Part shown: positions 18,606-27,728 of the stretch, in pieces
Numbering within the stretch: the first letter of the stretch is position 1
How the letters are laid out: each line of letters opens with the position of its first letter
NCBI GenBank assembly: GCA_012961935.1
Contig: DTYI01000244.1
Span: 1-50,276, forward strand
From: Thiotrichales bacterium
GTDB lineage: Bacteria; Pseudomonadota; Gammaproteobacteria; CAZUMV01
Direction of reading: 5' to 3'
DNA length: 50,276 bases
Position numbers and translations under genes: made by a program
The notes under the pieces: model-generated
Seen by the model: the letters and a program-made list of their open reading frames with translations, nothing else
What the model was told of the DNA's origin: nothing
Database searches by the model: none

Positions 18606-18661
18606 GATTGCATAACGCATTGAAAATTATAGATGTTTCTTGTAAATAACAACAGGCTTTC

Positions 18662-20116
18662 ATGAAGATGCGGTTCTCCAGTTCGATTCGTCAGCTTACC
18701 GTTCTGGGCTTCCTGCTGGTTGTATTACCTTTGATGTTTGCGCTGATCAGCACGGTATTCCAGGTCGACAGGTTGGCAGTCAAAATGCAAAAAACTGTGC
18801 GCGACTCGGCCCAGGCCGTTGAGGCGAGTCGCCTGATCATTGCTCAGGCATTAAGCATGGAGCGTAGTGCGGAGCAGTACGGCGTTTTGCGTGATCCCAT
18901 CCTGCTGGAACGTTATCAGACCCAGCGCGTGCAACTGGCAGAGGCGATTACACGTTTATCAGCTTTACCGCTGGAGCAGGACTTATCATCCCAGATAGAA
19001 AAGTTGGTACAACGAGAACAGGCATTGCATAGTCAATTACTGCAATGGGCCGAACAGGCGGGTAATGATGCGCAGAGACTAGATCCCGAATTAAAACTGG
19101 CCGAACAGATCCGCCCCATACCTCAGGCAGTCACGCAAATGGTCACTGATGACAGTGCCTCCATGACCAAACAAATCGAGCGTGTTCAGCGCATGCTACT
19201 CTGGCAGGTCATTGCCCTGGTGCCTCTGGCACTTTTGCTCGCAGCTGTTTTCAGCGTACTGATTACCCGGCCATTACGGAACATGGGGAAAGTTATCCGA
19301 CGGCTGGGTGCCGGTGACTTTACATCGCCGGTTATTGTTTCGGGTCCGCAGGATGTGCGTGAGCTTGGAGAGCAGCTCGACTGGATGCGCGAGCGGCTGG
19401 CCGAGCTGGATCAACAGAAACTCAGGTTTCTGCAACACATGTCGCATGAGTTGAAAACGCCGTTAACGGCAATTCGCGAAGGCAGTGAATTATTATGTGA
19501 TGAAGTGGTCGGAGAACTCAGCGATGAACAGAAAGAAGTAACAACCATCTTGCGGGAAAACAGCTTACAATTGCAGGCACAGGTTGAGGGGTTACTGAAT
19601 TTCAATCTTGCCCTGGCTCAGGATAAGCCCGCTCAACTAAAGACAGTCGACCTGTCTGTATTAATTCCTGAAGTGATAACCAAACACCAGCTGGCTATGC
19701 GCACCCGAAGTATCCAGGTAAAAACGAACATTAGCCCCGTAGAAATCCAGGGAGAGCCGGAACAGTTGCGGACAGTATTTGATAATTTGCTTTCAAATGC
19801 GATTAAATATTCACCCGATGGCGGCGTAATCAGAGTCGAGCTGGGTGCAGAAAATCAACAGGTCTGTCTGGATGTAATTGATGAGGGCGCAGGCATCAAC
19901 ACTGCAGAGCGACAACATATTTTTGAGCCATTTTTTCAGGGCCAGCAATTACCCAAAGGCCCCGTTAAAGGCAGCGGACTGGGGTTGGCCATTGCGCAAC
20001 GATATGCCCGTCTACACAATGGTAAAATTATGGCGCTGGAAACACAGCAAGGGGCGCACCTCAGGGCTTGTCTGCCTCAGCAACAATCAGCAGATGGAAA
20101 TGATAAAAGGAAATAA
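18662..20116 (+). CDS. glrK: Sensor histidine kinase, GlrK/QseE-like (2 TM, HAMP, HisKA, HATPase)
   Basis: 484 aa with an H-box FLQHMSHELKTPLTAI, an N-box LLSNAIKYSP and G-boxes DEGAGI / GSGLGLAI. It is followed by a lipoprotein gene and a sigma54 response regulator, which is the qseE-qseG-qseF gene order. Confidence 0.8.
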   Translation: MKMRFSSSIRQLTVLGFLLVVLPLMFALISTVFQVDRLAVKMQKTVRDSAQAVEASRLIIAQALSMERSAEQYGVLRDPILLERYQTQRVQLAEAITRLSALPLEQDLSSQIEKLVQREQALHSQLLQWAEQAGNDAQRLDPELKLAEQIRPIPQAVTQMVTDDSASMTKQIERVQRMLLWQVIALVPLALLLAAVFSVLITRPLRNMGKVIRRLGAGDFTSPVIVSGPQDVRELGEQLDWMRERLAELDQQKLRFLQHMSHELKTPLTAIREGSELLCDEVVGELSDEQKEVTTILRENSLQLQAQVEGLLNFNLALAQDKPAQLKTVDLSVLIPEVITKHQLAMRTRSIQVKTNISPVEIQGEPEQLRTVFDNLLSNAIKYSPDGGVIRVELGAENQQVCLDVIDEGAGINTAERQHIFEPFFQGQQLPKGPVKGSGLGLAIAQRYARLHNGKIMALETQQGAHLRACLPQQQSADGNDKRK

Positions 20117-20120
20117 AGAC

Positions 20121-20708
20121 ATGCGGTTTTTAACAGCAGGGCTTTCAGTGATGATGCTACTGACATTGTCAGCCTGTGCGTCGGTCAATAGCGGGAAACA
20201 AAAAGTACAAAAACAGGAGCCGGTGCAGGTAACGCATCATTGTGCCGTGCTGAATTATTATGAAGCGCTAACGGAAATGACCGCAAATGAATTAGCGCAG
20301 GAAAAACAGATGCTGCGCGAGAACCTGAATTACAACCAGAGTAGTTGTTATCAGTTGCGGCTGGTTATGTTGCTGATGTTGCCTGAAGCCGGAGTAAAGG
20401 ACGACAAGGAGGCAGAGCAAATACTGGATGATGTTTTGTATAAAGAAGCCAGTTTATTGCCGCAAGATCGACAAATTGCAAGACTATTATCAGATCAGAT
20501 TCAATGGCGTAAAAAAATTCGAAATAGCCAGCAAGCATTAAAAAAACAATTAAAAAAAGAGCGTGCAGCTTCCTTGAATTTGCTCGAACGCCTGGCTGAT
20601 ACACAATCAAAATTAAATCAACTTAAAAATATAGATAAAAATATTAATCAACGAGAACAGGAAATCAGCACGCCCTCAACAGATAAAATTCCTCATGAAC
20701 CAAAATAA
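20121..20708 (+). CDS. qseG: Lipoprotein with a coiled-coil C-terminus, QseG/YfhG-like by position
   Basis: The track ORF 19878-20708 overlaps the kinase. The internal ATG at 20121 gives MRFLTAGLSVMMLLTLSAC with a lipobox. The protein is 195 aa and its 3' end overlaps the regulator start by 14 nt. Confidence 0.65.
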   Translation: MRFLTAGLSVMMLLTLSACASVNSGKQKVQKQEPVQVTHHCAVLNYYEALTEMTANELAQEKQMLRENLNYNQSSCYQLRLVMLLMLPEAGVKDDKEAEQILDDVLYKEASLLPQDRQIARLLSDQIQWRKKIRNSQQALKKQLKKERAASLNLLERLADTQSKLNQLKNIDKNINQREQEISTPSTDKIPHEPK

Positions 20709-22050
20709 AATACTACTGGTAGACGATGATCCGGGAATATTAAAGCTATTATCACTACGGCTGGAGGCGGCAGGCTTTCTTATTGAAACAGCAAGTAGTG
20801 GCCATCAGGCTTTGGGGAAGCTTGAGGCATTTCATCCGCATTTAATTATTACGGATTTGCGCATGGAAGGCATGGACGGATTAGCACTGTTCAACATTGT
20901 GAATGAAAAATATCCTTCTCTTCCAATTATCATGTTAACCGCGCATGGCACCATTCCTGATGCGGTCGATGCAACGCGAAAAGGTGTGTTCAGTTATTTG
21001 ACCAAACCGTTTGACAGTCAGCAATTAATTCTGAATATCAACACGGCATTAAGTCAGTGCTATCCGGCGAGTGAAACAACAGACGAGCAACATGATTCAA
21101 ATTGGCGACGCGAAATAATCAGCCAAAGCCCGGCAATGGAAGAATTATTGAAACAGGCTCAACGCGTTGCGCAGAGCGAAGTCAGTATTCTTATTCAAAG
21201 TGATAGCGGCACGGGCAAGGAGCTACTCGCAAGAGCGATACACAAAGCCAGCCCGCGAGCAGACAAACCTTTTGTCCCGATTAATTGTGCGGCCATCCCA
21301 GATAACCTGCTTGAGTCTGAATTATTTGGTCACCGCAAAGGCGCGTTCACGGGTGCGGAGCGTAACCACACTGGATTAATTGAAACCGCCCATGAAGGTG
21401 TTTTATTTCTGGATGAAATTGGTGATATGCCACTTGAATTTCAGGCGAAATTATTGCGTGTTTTACAGGATGGAGAAGTACGCCCGGTGGGTGCAACCGA
21501 ATCCATTCCAGTGAATACGCGCCTCATTTCTGCGACGCATTCGGATCTGGATGCGGCGATCAAGGCAGGCACGTTTCGCGAAGACCTGTATTATCGTCTC
21601 AATGTTGTGATGCTGGAATTACCGCCGCTGAGTAAACGTCGCGAGGATATTCAATTGTTAGCCAATCATTTTTTAAACGATTTACGCAAGCGTTCTGAAA
21701 ATTGTGTGGCTAAATCATTTTCTCCAGAAGCGATGGAGGTGCTCATGACCGCACCCTGGCCGGGTAATATTCGTCAGCTTCTCAACGTGGTCGAGCAGGT
21801 TGCTGTGCTGACTGTTTCACCGGTTATTTCAGAGTCGCTGGTGAACAAAGCATTGCGGGGAAAAACGGGTGAAATTTCAGCACTGGCCGATGCCCAGAGT
21901 GACTTTGAAAGAAATTATCTAGTGCAAATATTGCAAATGACACAAGGTAATGTGACACAGGCTGCACGCCTGGCAAAACGCAACCGCACCGAGTTTTATA
22001 AATTACTCAACCGCCACCAGCTCGAGCCCAAAGTTTTTAGGCATGACTGA
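20695..22050 (+). CDS. glrR: Sigma54-dependent response regulator (REC + AAA+ + Fis-type HTH), GlrR/QseF-like
   Basis: 451 aa. The receiver domain has DDD..D and TDLRM. The AAA+ domain has Walker A GDSGTGKE, the GAFTGA sigma54-contact loop and ESELFGH. A C-terminal HTH is present. Confidence 0.85.
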   Translation: MNQNKILLVDDDPGILKLLSLRLEAAGFLIETASSGHQALGKLEAFHPHLIITDLRMEGMDGLALFNIVNEKYPSLPIIMLTAHGTIPDAVDATRKGVFSYLTKPFDSQQLILNINTALSQCYPASETTDEQHDSNWRREIISQSPAMEELLKQAQRVAQSEVSILIQSDSGTGKELLARAIHKASPRADKPFVPINCAAIPDNLLESELFGHRKGAFTGAERNHTGLIETAHEGVLFLDEIGDMPLEFQAKLLRVLQDGEVRPVGATESIPVNTRLISATHSDLDAAIKAGTFREDLYYRLNVVMLELPPLSKRREDIQLLANHFLNDLRKRSENCVAKSFSPEAMEVLMTAPWPGNIRQLLNVVEQVAVLTVSPVISESLVNKALRGKTGEISALADAQSDFERNYLVQILQMTQGNVTQAARLAKRNRTEFYKLLNRHQLEPKVFRHD

Positions 22051-22069
22051 TTTAGTTTGTACGGGTTAA

Positions 22070-22129
22070 TTCACCGCAAAGGCACGCAAAGGTTTTTTAT
22101 TATTAATTCTTTGCGCACTTTGCGGTGAA
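22070..22129. terminator. Long imperfect hairpin / bidirectional terminator between glrR and speE
   Basis: TTCACCGCAAAGGCACGCAAAGG ... CTTTGCGCACTTTGCGGTGAA gives arms of about 20 bp and is followed by AATTTTTT. The inner loop is T-rich. It lies between convergent genes. Confidence 0.65.
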
Positions 22130-22136
22130 AATTTTT

Positions 22137-23006
22137 TCAGCTCGTTGCTTTCATAAATTCAGGCGCCGCGAAAGCAGCGCGGTGAATATCTGAATTATAA
22201 TAATTTGTGCTAATGAGATTGTTTTTACAGTCCTCAGCGCGCGAAAAAGAAATGGATTTTTTCCCGGCCAGGGTCGCTGACCACCAGCCAGAAGGATAAA
22301 CAGGTTGAGGAAAAAACAACGTGTTTATTTCATTAAAGCCCGCAGACGTCATACGTTTTTTCATCGGCTGAATAATGCTTTCATTATGCAGGAGTGGGGA
22401 CTCACTTTGTTGAATGATCAGGCCGTCTCCTCGCAAAGCCTGCGCACAGCTTCGATAAAAACTTTTAGAAAACAATACTTCACCCGGGCCGACTGGGTCG
22501 GTACTGTCAACGATAATCACATCAAGACTGTTGTCTGGTTGCGCCTGCATCCATTTAACGCCGTCGATAAATTTTAATTCTGCGCGTGGGTCGTCGTTTG
22601 ATTCGCACAGTTCTGGAAAGTAAATTTCTGCGATGCGCGTAACGCGTTCATCAATATCAATCTGCATAGCTGTTTTAACGCAGTCATGTTTAAGTACTTC
22701 TCGCAATGAGCCGCAATCACCTCCGCCGATTATCGCAATACGCTCGGGATTGTTATGTGAATAGAGTGCTGGGTGAACCATCATTTCATGGTAGATAAAA
22801 TTATCCCGCTGGCTGAGCATGACAAAGCCATCGATGACCATTAGTTTGCCGAAGTTTGTGGTTTCATAAACTTCTATTTTCTGGAAAGCAGTTTGTTCGT
22901 TGTGAAGTCTTTTATCGTACTTCAATGACAAAGCATAACCATCTTCGTCGGACACTTCGCTAAACCAGTTCTGATCAAGGCGCATAGTTGTATTTGATGA
23001 TGCCAA
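22137..23006 (-). CDS. speE: Spermidine synthase
   Basis: 289 aa with the IIGGGDGG-type motif (IIGGGDCGSLREV) and DVIIVDSTDPVGPG. The track start is TTG at 23006, with an alternative ATG at 22985. Confidence 0.88.
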   Translation of the reverse strand: MASSNTTMRLDQNWFSEVSDEDGYALSLKYDKRLHNEQTAFQKIEVYETTNFGKLMVIDGFVMLSQRDNFIYHEMMVHPALYSHNNPERIAIIGGGDCGSLREVLKHDCVKTAMQIDIDERVTRIAEIYFPELCESNDDPRAELKFIDGVKWMQAQPDNSLDVIIVDSTDPVGPGEVLFSKSFYRSCAQALRGDGLIIQQSESPLLHNESIIQPMKKRMTSAGFNEINTLFFPQPVYPSGWWSATLAGKKSISFSRAEDCKNNLISTNYYNSDIHRAAFAAPEFMKATS

Positions 23007-23049
23007 AAAACGGTATCATAGCTTTTCCAATTCCCATAGAAAACAAATA

Positions 23050-24906
23050 ATGTCTAACTGGTCAATTAATGATGCTCGCAAACTTTACCACCTTGCTGGC
23101 TGGTCTTCGGGCTATTTTGATATCAACCAAAAAGGCCAGCTTGTTATGTCTGCAGGGTGCAATAATGCTGAGCAGGGCCTTGTACTTTCTGATCTGGCGA
23201 AGCACCTGGCGGATACTGATTTAAATTTACCGATTCTGATTCGCTTTGAAGATGTGCTTGAAAAACGGGTTAGCGCAATAATTGATGCATTTAAAAAGGC
23301 TCGACAGCAGTACGGATATCAGGGAGATCATACCGCTGTTTATCCCATTAAGGTGAATCAGCAGCATGCTGTAATTGAACAAATTGTTGCGGACGGTGGT
23401 GAACAGATTGGCCTGGAAGCTGGTAGCAAAGCTGAACTGCTTGTTGTATTGGGCATGTCAAAACCCGGTAGCGTTATTGTCTGCAATGGTTATAAAGATC
23501 GTGAATATATCCAGCTTGCTTTGCTGGGGCAGGTGTTGGGCAAGCGGGTTTATATTGTCATCGAAAAGCCGAACGAATTATTGCGTGTAATCGAGCAGGC
23601 AGAAGCGATGCAGATCAAACCGCTCCTGGGCGTTCGGGTTCGGCTGGCGACAATCGCCAAAGGCAACTGGCAAAATACCGGTGGTGAAAAAGGCAAGTTT
23701 GGACTGACGGCGACAGAAGTGTTGTCACTTATCAAAACGCTGAAAAAAAATAATCAGCTTGATTGTCTTGATTTATTACATTTTCATATGGGCTCGCAAA
23801 TTTCCGATATCAATGATACTAATCGGGGTTTAAAAGAAGCAGCGCAATACTTTGCCGAATTAAAAAACCTGGGCGTGCCACTCAATATTGTGGATGTGGG
23901 TGGCGGGCTGGGTGTTGATTATGAGGGTGTGCGCAGTGAACACTATCATTCCATTAATTATCATTTACAGGATTATGCCGAGTGCGTAATTAAATCTTTC
24001 AAGTTCGTTTGTGATGAACACGGAGTACCACACCCGGCGATCTTCACTGAGAGTGGACGGGCGATGACTGCTCATCATGCGATGGTGATTACGGATGTGG
24101 TGGATACGGAAAACCGTAAAACACTGGCAAAAGTAACAACGCTTTTTACCGATATTATGGAAAATGAAAAAAATGATAAAGACCGTTTTCTTGCTGCAGA
24201 AAAGCGCCTAAAGAAGCAACAGGAAAAATTTAACCATGGCAAAATGCAGTTGGAGGAACGGGCGAAATGGGAGCAGGACTGGTTGGCTTTTTGTCAGCAA
24301 TTATTGGAAACAACAAATAATAAAAAACTGGCGGAACAGATACAGGAAAAAATTGCGGATAAGTTTTTCCTCAACCTGTCCTTTTTTCAATCAATACCGG
24401 ATGTCTGGGGGCTTGATCAGGTGTTCCCTGTTTTACCGCTACAGCGATTAAATGAGCGCCCGGACAGATTGGTTGTTTTACAGGATTTAACCTGTGATTC
24501 TGATGGCCGCATAGATTGTTATGCGCACAGTGGTAGTCTGCATAAAACTTTACCACTCCACCAGGTGCGGCACGAAGAGCAATACTTGCTCGGAATATTT
24601 ATGGTGGGCGCTTATCAGGAAATCCTCGGTGATATGCACAATTTGTTCGGCGATACACATGCTGTGAATGTACGATTGCTGCCGGATGGTGGCTTTGAGC
24701 TGAAAGAAATTGAAGCAGGTGATCAACTGGCTGAAATTCTGCGCTATGTACACCATGAGCCACAACAGCTAATATCACGCTATGAAAAAGCGGTTGCAGC
24801 ATCCGGGTTGCCGGAAAAAACACAACAACAGGCATTGAAGATTCTGAAAATTAGTTTTAAACGTTATTCATATCTGGAGACTGATAAGAGGGGAGGCAAC
24901 GCATGA
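23050..24906 (+). CDS. speA: Biosynthetic arginine decarboxylase
   Basis: 618 aa with the SpeA N-terminus (W.. ..Y.. WG..YF.IN..G) and the PLP-lysine context YPIKVNQQ. GGGLGVDYEG is also present. Confidence 0.9.
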   Translation: MSNWSINDARKLYHLAGWSSGYFDINQKGQLVMSAGCNNAEQGLVLSDLAKHLADTDLNLPILIRFEDVLEKRVSAIIDAFKKARQQYGYQGDHTAVYPIKVNQQHAVIEQIVADGGEQIGLEAGSKAELLVVLGMSKPGSVIVCNGYKDREYIQLALLGQVLGKRVYIVIEKPNELLRVIEQAEAMQIKPLLGVRVRLATIAKGNWQNTGGEKGKFGLTATEVLSLIKTLKKNNQLDCLDLLHFHMGSQISDINDTNRGLKEAAQYFAELKNLGVPLNIVDVGGGLGVDYEGVRSEHYHSINYHLQDYAECVIKSFKFVCDEHGVPHPAIFTESGRAMTAHHAMVITDVVDTENRKTLAKVTTLFTDIMENEKNDKDRFLAAEKRLKKQQEKFNHGKMQLEERAKWEQDWLAFCQQLLETTNNKKLAEQIQEKIADKFFLNLSFFQSIPDVWGLDQVFPVLPLQRLNERPDRLVVLQDLTCDSDGRIDCYAHSGSLHKTLPLHQVRHEEQYLLGIFMVGAYQEILGDMHNLFGDTHAVNVRLLPDGGFELKEIEAGDQLAEILRYVHHEPQQLISRYEKAVAASGLPEKTQQQALKILKISFKRYSYLETDKRGGNA

Positions 24907-25532
24907 TTGTAACGATTGCATTGATTGTCGGGATAGTGCTGATTTTATCGGCGCTGGTTTTGTTGCTGGGCGTTGCATTTAAAACAGATTTTATCTGGGG
25001 GCTGCTGGGGCTATTGATCGTGCCGCTGTTCATTTTCATGCTGGTCTATCCAGGTAAAAGCAAATTCACTATCGCATTATTGCTGATCGGGGCGGTGACT
25101 TCGGGGCTGGCGCTTTGGGGCGGTGCTGATCAGGCGTTAGACTTGAAAACCAAAGCAGAAGCATTAGGCATAGCAGAATTGCCCGGTATTAATCGTTTGC
25201 GTGCGCGACCAGAAGTAAAGCCAGTCCCGCAGGAAGTTGTCGAGGAAGAAACGCTACCGGTAAGCAAACCAGAAAAACAAAAAGCGAACAAAACAAAAAT
25301 AACTAAAACAAAAAAAAGAAAAAACCGCTATCGCGAAGCCAGTGTTGGCGAGTTGAAACATTTAACAGGCGCTCTGTTTAAAGGCACAACTTATGATGGA
25401 AGAACGATTCAGGGTAGAATCTTGCAGGCAAACGAAGATGAAATCACGTTGTCACGCTCGGTATCACAGGGCAGCGCAAGTTTTAATTTCAGGCTGAACG
25501 AATTTAAAGAATTTATGGTCGCGAACCCGTAA
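24903..25532 (+). CDS. Hypothetical membrane protein (3 TM N-terminus, Lys-rich linker, small C-terminal domain)
   Basis: 209-aa ORF whose ATG overlaps the speA stop (ATGA). Confidence 0.65.
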   Translation: MIVTIALIVGIVLILSALVLLLGVAFKTDFIWGLLGLLIVPLFIFMLVYPGKSKFTIALLLIGAVTSGLALWGGADQALDLKTKAEALGIAELPGINRLRARPEVKPVPQEVVEEETLPVSKPEKQKANKTKITKTKKRKNRYREASVGELKHLTGALFKGTTYDGRTIQGRILQANEDEITLSRSVSQGSASFNFRLNEFKEFMVANP

Positions 25533-25543
25533 GGTTTCTTCGT

Positions 25544-25801
25544 ATGAAATGTTTTGTTTACCGCAGTTTGCGCAGAGAAAATACGTATCTTTTCCTGGCA
25601 AAGAAAGATTCTTTCGAAGAAATACCGGAAGCTTTATTACGTGTTTTTGGTCGTCCAGAGTTTTCATTTGAGTTTGAATTAAGCGACGAGAAAAATCTTG
25701 TCAGAGAAAATCCTGCGGACGTAATGAAGAATATTCAGGAGCATGGTTTTCACTTGCAAATGCCCGCTGAAAATAAAGAGCGCTCATTAACTGGCAGCTA
25801 A
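25544..25801 (+). CDS. YcgL-domain protein
   Basis: MKCFVYRSLRRENTYLFLAKKDSFEEIPEALLRVFGRP closely parallels E. coli YcgL, as I recall it ([38 protein letters not shown]). Confidence 0.8.
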   Translation: MKCFVYRSLRRENTYLFLAKKDSFEEIPEALLRVFGRPEFSFEFELSDEKNLVRENPADVMKNIQEHGFHLQMPAENKERSLTGS

Positions 25802-25804
25802 CAC

Positions 25805-26188
25805 ATGACTATAAATCTAATATTAAAATTACACTTACTCACTATTCTGCTATCCGGCGCAGGGTTTTTGTTGCGCGGATTCTGGATGATGACGGACTCG
25901 GAAAAGCTACAGGCCCGTCCGGTAAAAATATTTCCACATATCAACGATACGATATTGCTGGTTTCCGGTATCACCCTGGTCGTGCTAACGGGGCTCTATC
26001 CCTGGCAGCAGTCATGGTTAATGGCGAAAATAATTGCTTTGCTGGTTTATATCTTTCTTGGAACCATTGCGTTAAAGCGTGGGAAAACAAAAAACCAAAA
26101 AATATTGGCATGGCTTTTAGCCATCATTGTTTTTGTCTATATGATTTTCGTCGCAAAAACACATAACCCCGCACCGTTTGGGCTGTAA
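25805..26188 (+). CDS. SirB2-family small membrane protein
   Basis: 127 aa with 4 TM segments. Size and topology are typical of the SirB family, and it lies 3 nt after the ycgL-like stop. Confidence 0.6.
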   Translation: MTINLILKLHLLTILLSGAGFLLRGFWMMTDSEKLQARPVKIFPHINDTILLVSGITLVVLTGLYPWQQSWLMAKIIALLVYIFLGTIALKRGKTKNQKILAWLLAIIVFVYMIFVAKTHNPAPFGL

Positions 26189-26311
26189 ATAGTTTGAACT
26201 TTTTAGTGTGCAGTTGGCAATGATCTGGTTAGATTACTGTACAGGCCATTACCGTATTTTTACTGTAGTTGAGTGGTGTTTTCCTAAAAACTTTAGTCAG
26301 GCTGGTTGCGT

Positions 26312-27007
26312 TTATTTGGCGAGAGCCTGTAAACGTGCCGCGACTTCATTTGGTTTGATGCCGCTGCGCAGCGGTATATTGATTTGAGCGGGATTGAGTG
26401 AATATTCTGCGAGAAAGGTCTTACGCTTTTTTGTTTTCAGCTTGTCTGCGTCTAAAACCTCCCTCGTAATCTTTCCAGCCACAATCAATTCGGCGTCACG
26501 TATTAGAAAGATGCCAGATTGAGCCTTAAGCACCTTCAACCCGCTTCTTTCAATTTTGGTTCTGGTGGTTACACAGGCGTCCTCCTTAAAGCCAGTAATA
26601 TCTTCTTCACCATATTTGATGCAGCCAGAGCGCGTATAACTCAAGCTGTCAGGTGTTAATTCAACCTGGTCTGACTCGATCGCTGTTTTAAAATAGATAA
26701 GATCGCTTTGACTCACCATATTGCCAGCAGGTTGAGTCGTGTCTGTGGTCGGGGTGGTTGTGTCAGTCGTAGATATGGCAGGCGTAACGACTGGTTTTGT
26801 TTGGGCTGGTGCGGGTGAGGTTTTAGTGGGCATTTTCTGCCCCATGACAGGCGCGTTACTACAAAGTCGTACAACCTGCTCATGACTGAATCCTCGCTGC
26901 AGATAAAAATCGATATCAGCTTTGCTACAGACATTTGCCCAGGCAGTTGAAAAGGTGAATAAAAAAGACAGTAAAATCGTGATAGAAAAAAAAGATTTTG
27001 CGCGCAT
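26312..27007 (-). CDS. Secreted hypothetical protein with a Thr/Pro-rich linker
   Basis: 231-aa ORF with a signal peptide (FSTAWA/NV). I recognised no family. Confidence 0.65.
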   Translation of the reverse strand: MRAKSFFSITILLSFLFTFSTAWANVCSKADIDFYLQRGFSHEQVVRLCSNAPVMGQKMPTKTSPAPAQTKPVVTPAISTTDTTTPTTDTTQPAGNMVSQSDLIYFKTAIESDQVELTPDSLSYTRSGCIKYGEEDITGFKEDACVTTRTKIERSGLKVLKAQSGIFLIRDAELIVAGKITREVLDADKLKTKKRKTFLAEYSLNPAQINIPLRSGIKPNEVAARLQALAK

Positions 27008-27093
27008 AGTTACAACTTGCCTGAAAGGATATAGCGTGATTTTATTAAGAGCTTAAATTTAGCATAGCTCGCTATATTGAGAAAGCAGGCAAA

Positions 27094-27486
27094 TTAGCCC
27101 ACTTGATTCCGCATATGGTCAGCCGTTCTGAAAAATGCCTGGTCAAGATGTTGGCGCAGTTGTCCTTGAATGCCAACTTCATCCATCGCCAGTTGCATGC
27201 ACATCAACCACTGGTCACGTTCGCGTTCTCCGATTGCAAATGGTAGATGGCGACGGCGTAGCATGGGGTGACCATATTCCTGTTCATATAATGGTGGGCC
27301 GCCAAGCCAGCCTGATAAGAACTTGAATAGCTTTTCTCTTGCTGAATCCAGACTTTCAGCGTGCAGTTTACGAACCTCATAAGCCTCGGGTAATTCATCC
27401 ATCAAATCATAAAAGCGGTTGACCAGTTGGCGTACTTTTTCTTCGCCGCCGAGCTGTGCATAAGGTGTTTGTTGTGGGTTGAGCAT
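27094..27486 (-). CDS. glbO: Group II truncated hemoglobin
   Basis: 130 aa. YAQLGGEEKVRQLVNRFYDLM, LSGWLGGPPLY and HPMLRRRHLPFAI are characteristic of the 2-on-2 (GlbO/YjbI) globins. Confidence 0.8.
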   Translation of the reverse strand: MLNPQQTPYAQLGGEEKVRQLVNRFYDLMDELPEAYEVRKLHAESLDSAREKLFKFLSGWLGGPPLYEQEYGHPMLRRRHLPFAIGERERDQWLMCMQLAMDEVGIQGQLRQHLDQAFFRTADHMRNQVG

Positions 27487-27551
27487 CTGAATGTTTTTAT
27501 TGCACTGGAATCAGTTAAGATTAACAGAGATGGCCTTGTTGGAGAATTAAA

Positions 27552-27728
27552 ATGCAATCCGAGATTTTAGTCGCACCTTTTATTATTCTTTTTATCGGCA
27601 GCGCGATAGTTTGCAATCAGCTGGCGAAGGCGCGTAAATTAAAAACATCTTTCTGGGCAGCGATGGGTTTATTGTTTGGGCCTTTGGCGATTGTGTTTGT
27701 TTTGCTCACTCGGGGCGACGGTAACTGA
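27552..27728 (+). CDS. Small (58 aa) two-TM membrane protein, below the ORF-track cutoff
   Basis: A GGAGA RBS lies 6 nt upstream of ATG 27552. The translation is MQSEILVAPFIILFIGSAIVCNQLAKARKLKTSFWAAMGLLFGPLAIVFVLLTRGDGN. Its stop overlaps the esterase start (TGATG at 27726-27730). Confidence 0.5.
   Translation: MQSEILVAPFIILFIGSAIVCNQLAKARKLKTSFWAAMGLLFGPLAIVFVLLTRGDGN

Noticed and set aside
18598-18612. TGGCGAcggaTTGCA, a sigma54-like element on the plus strand just upstream of glrK
   Set aside because: The GG-to-GC spacing is 1 nt shorter than the invariant -24/-12 spacing, and the sequence overlaps the second CGTC-N10-GACG repeat.
18441-18623. 60-aa plus-strand ORF in the glrK upstream region
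   Set aside because: It has no RBS and an odd composition. It spans the sigma54 -24 element and the CGTC-N10-GAC repeats, so the region is better explained as regulatory DNA.
19878-20120. N-terminal extensions in the ORF track for the qseG-like gene. The same applies to fccA (33065-33151), hemX (38759-38797), hemY (40128-40169), the thioredoxin-like gene (37020-37328) and the rhomboid gene (49818-49922).
   Set aside because: The extensions overlap neighbouring genes or precede obvious signal peptides. Internal starts with an RBS or stop-start coupling give sensible N-termini.
26106-26121. TGGCATGgcttTTAGC, a sigma54-like sequence
   Set aside because: It lies inside the SirB2-family CDS, and the -12 element is TTAGC with a displaced GC.
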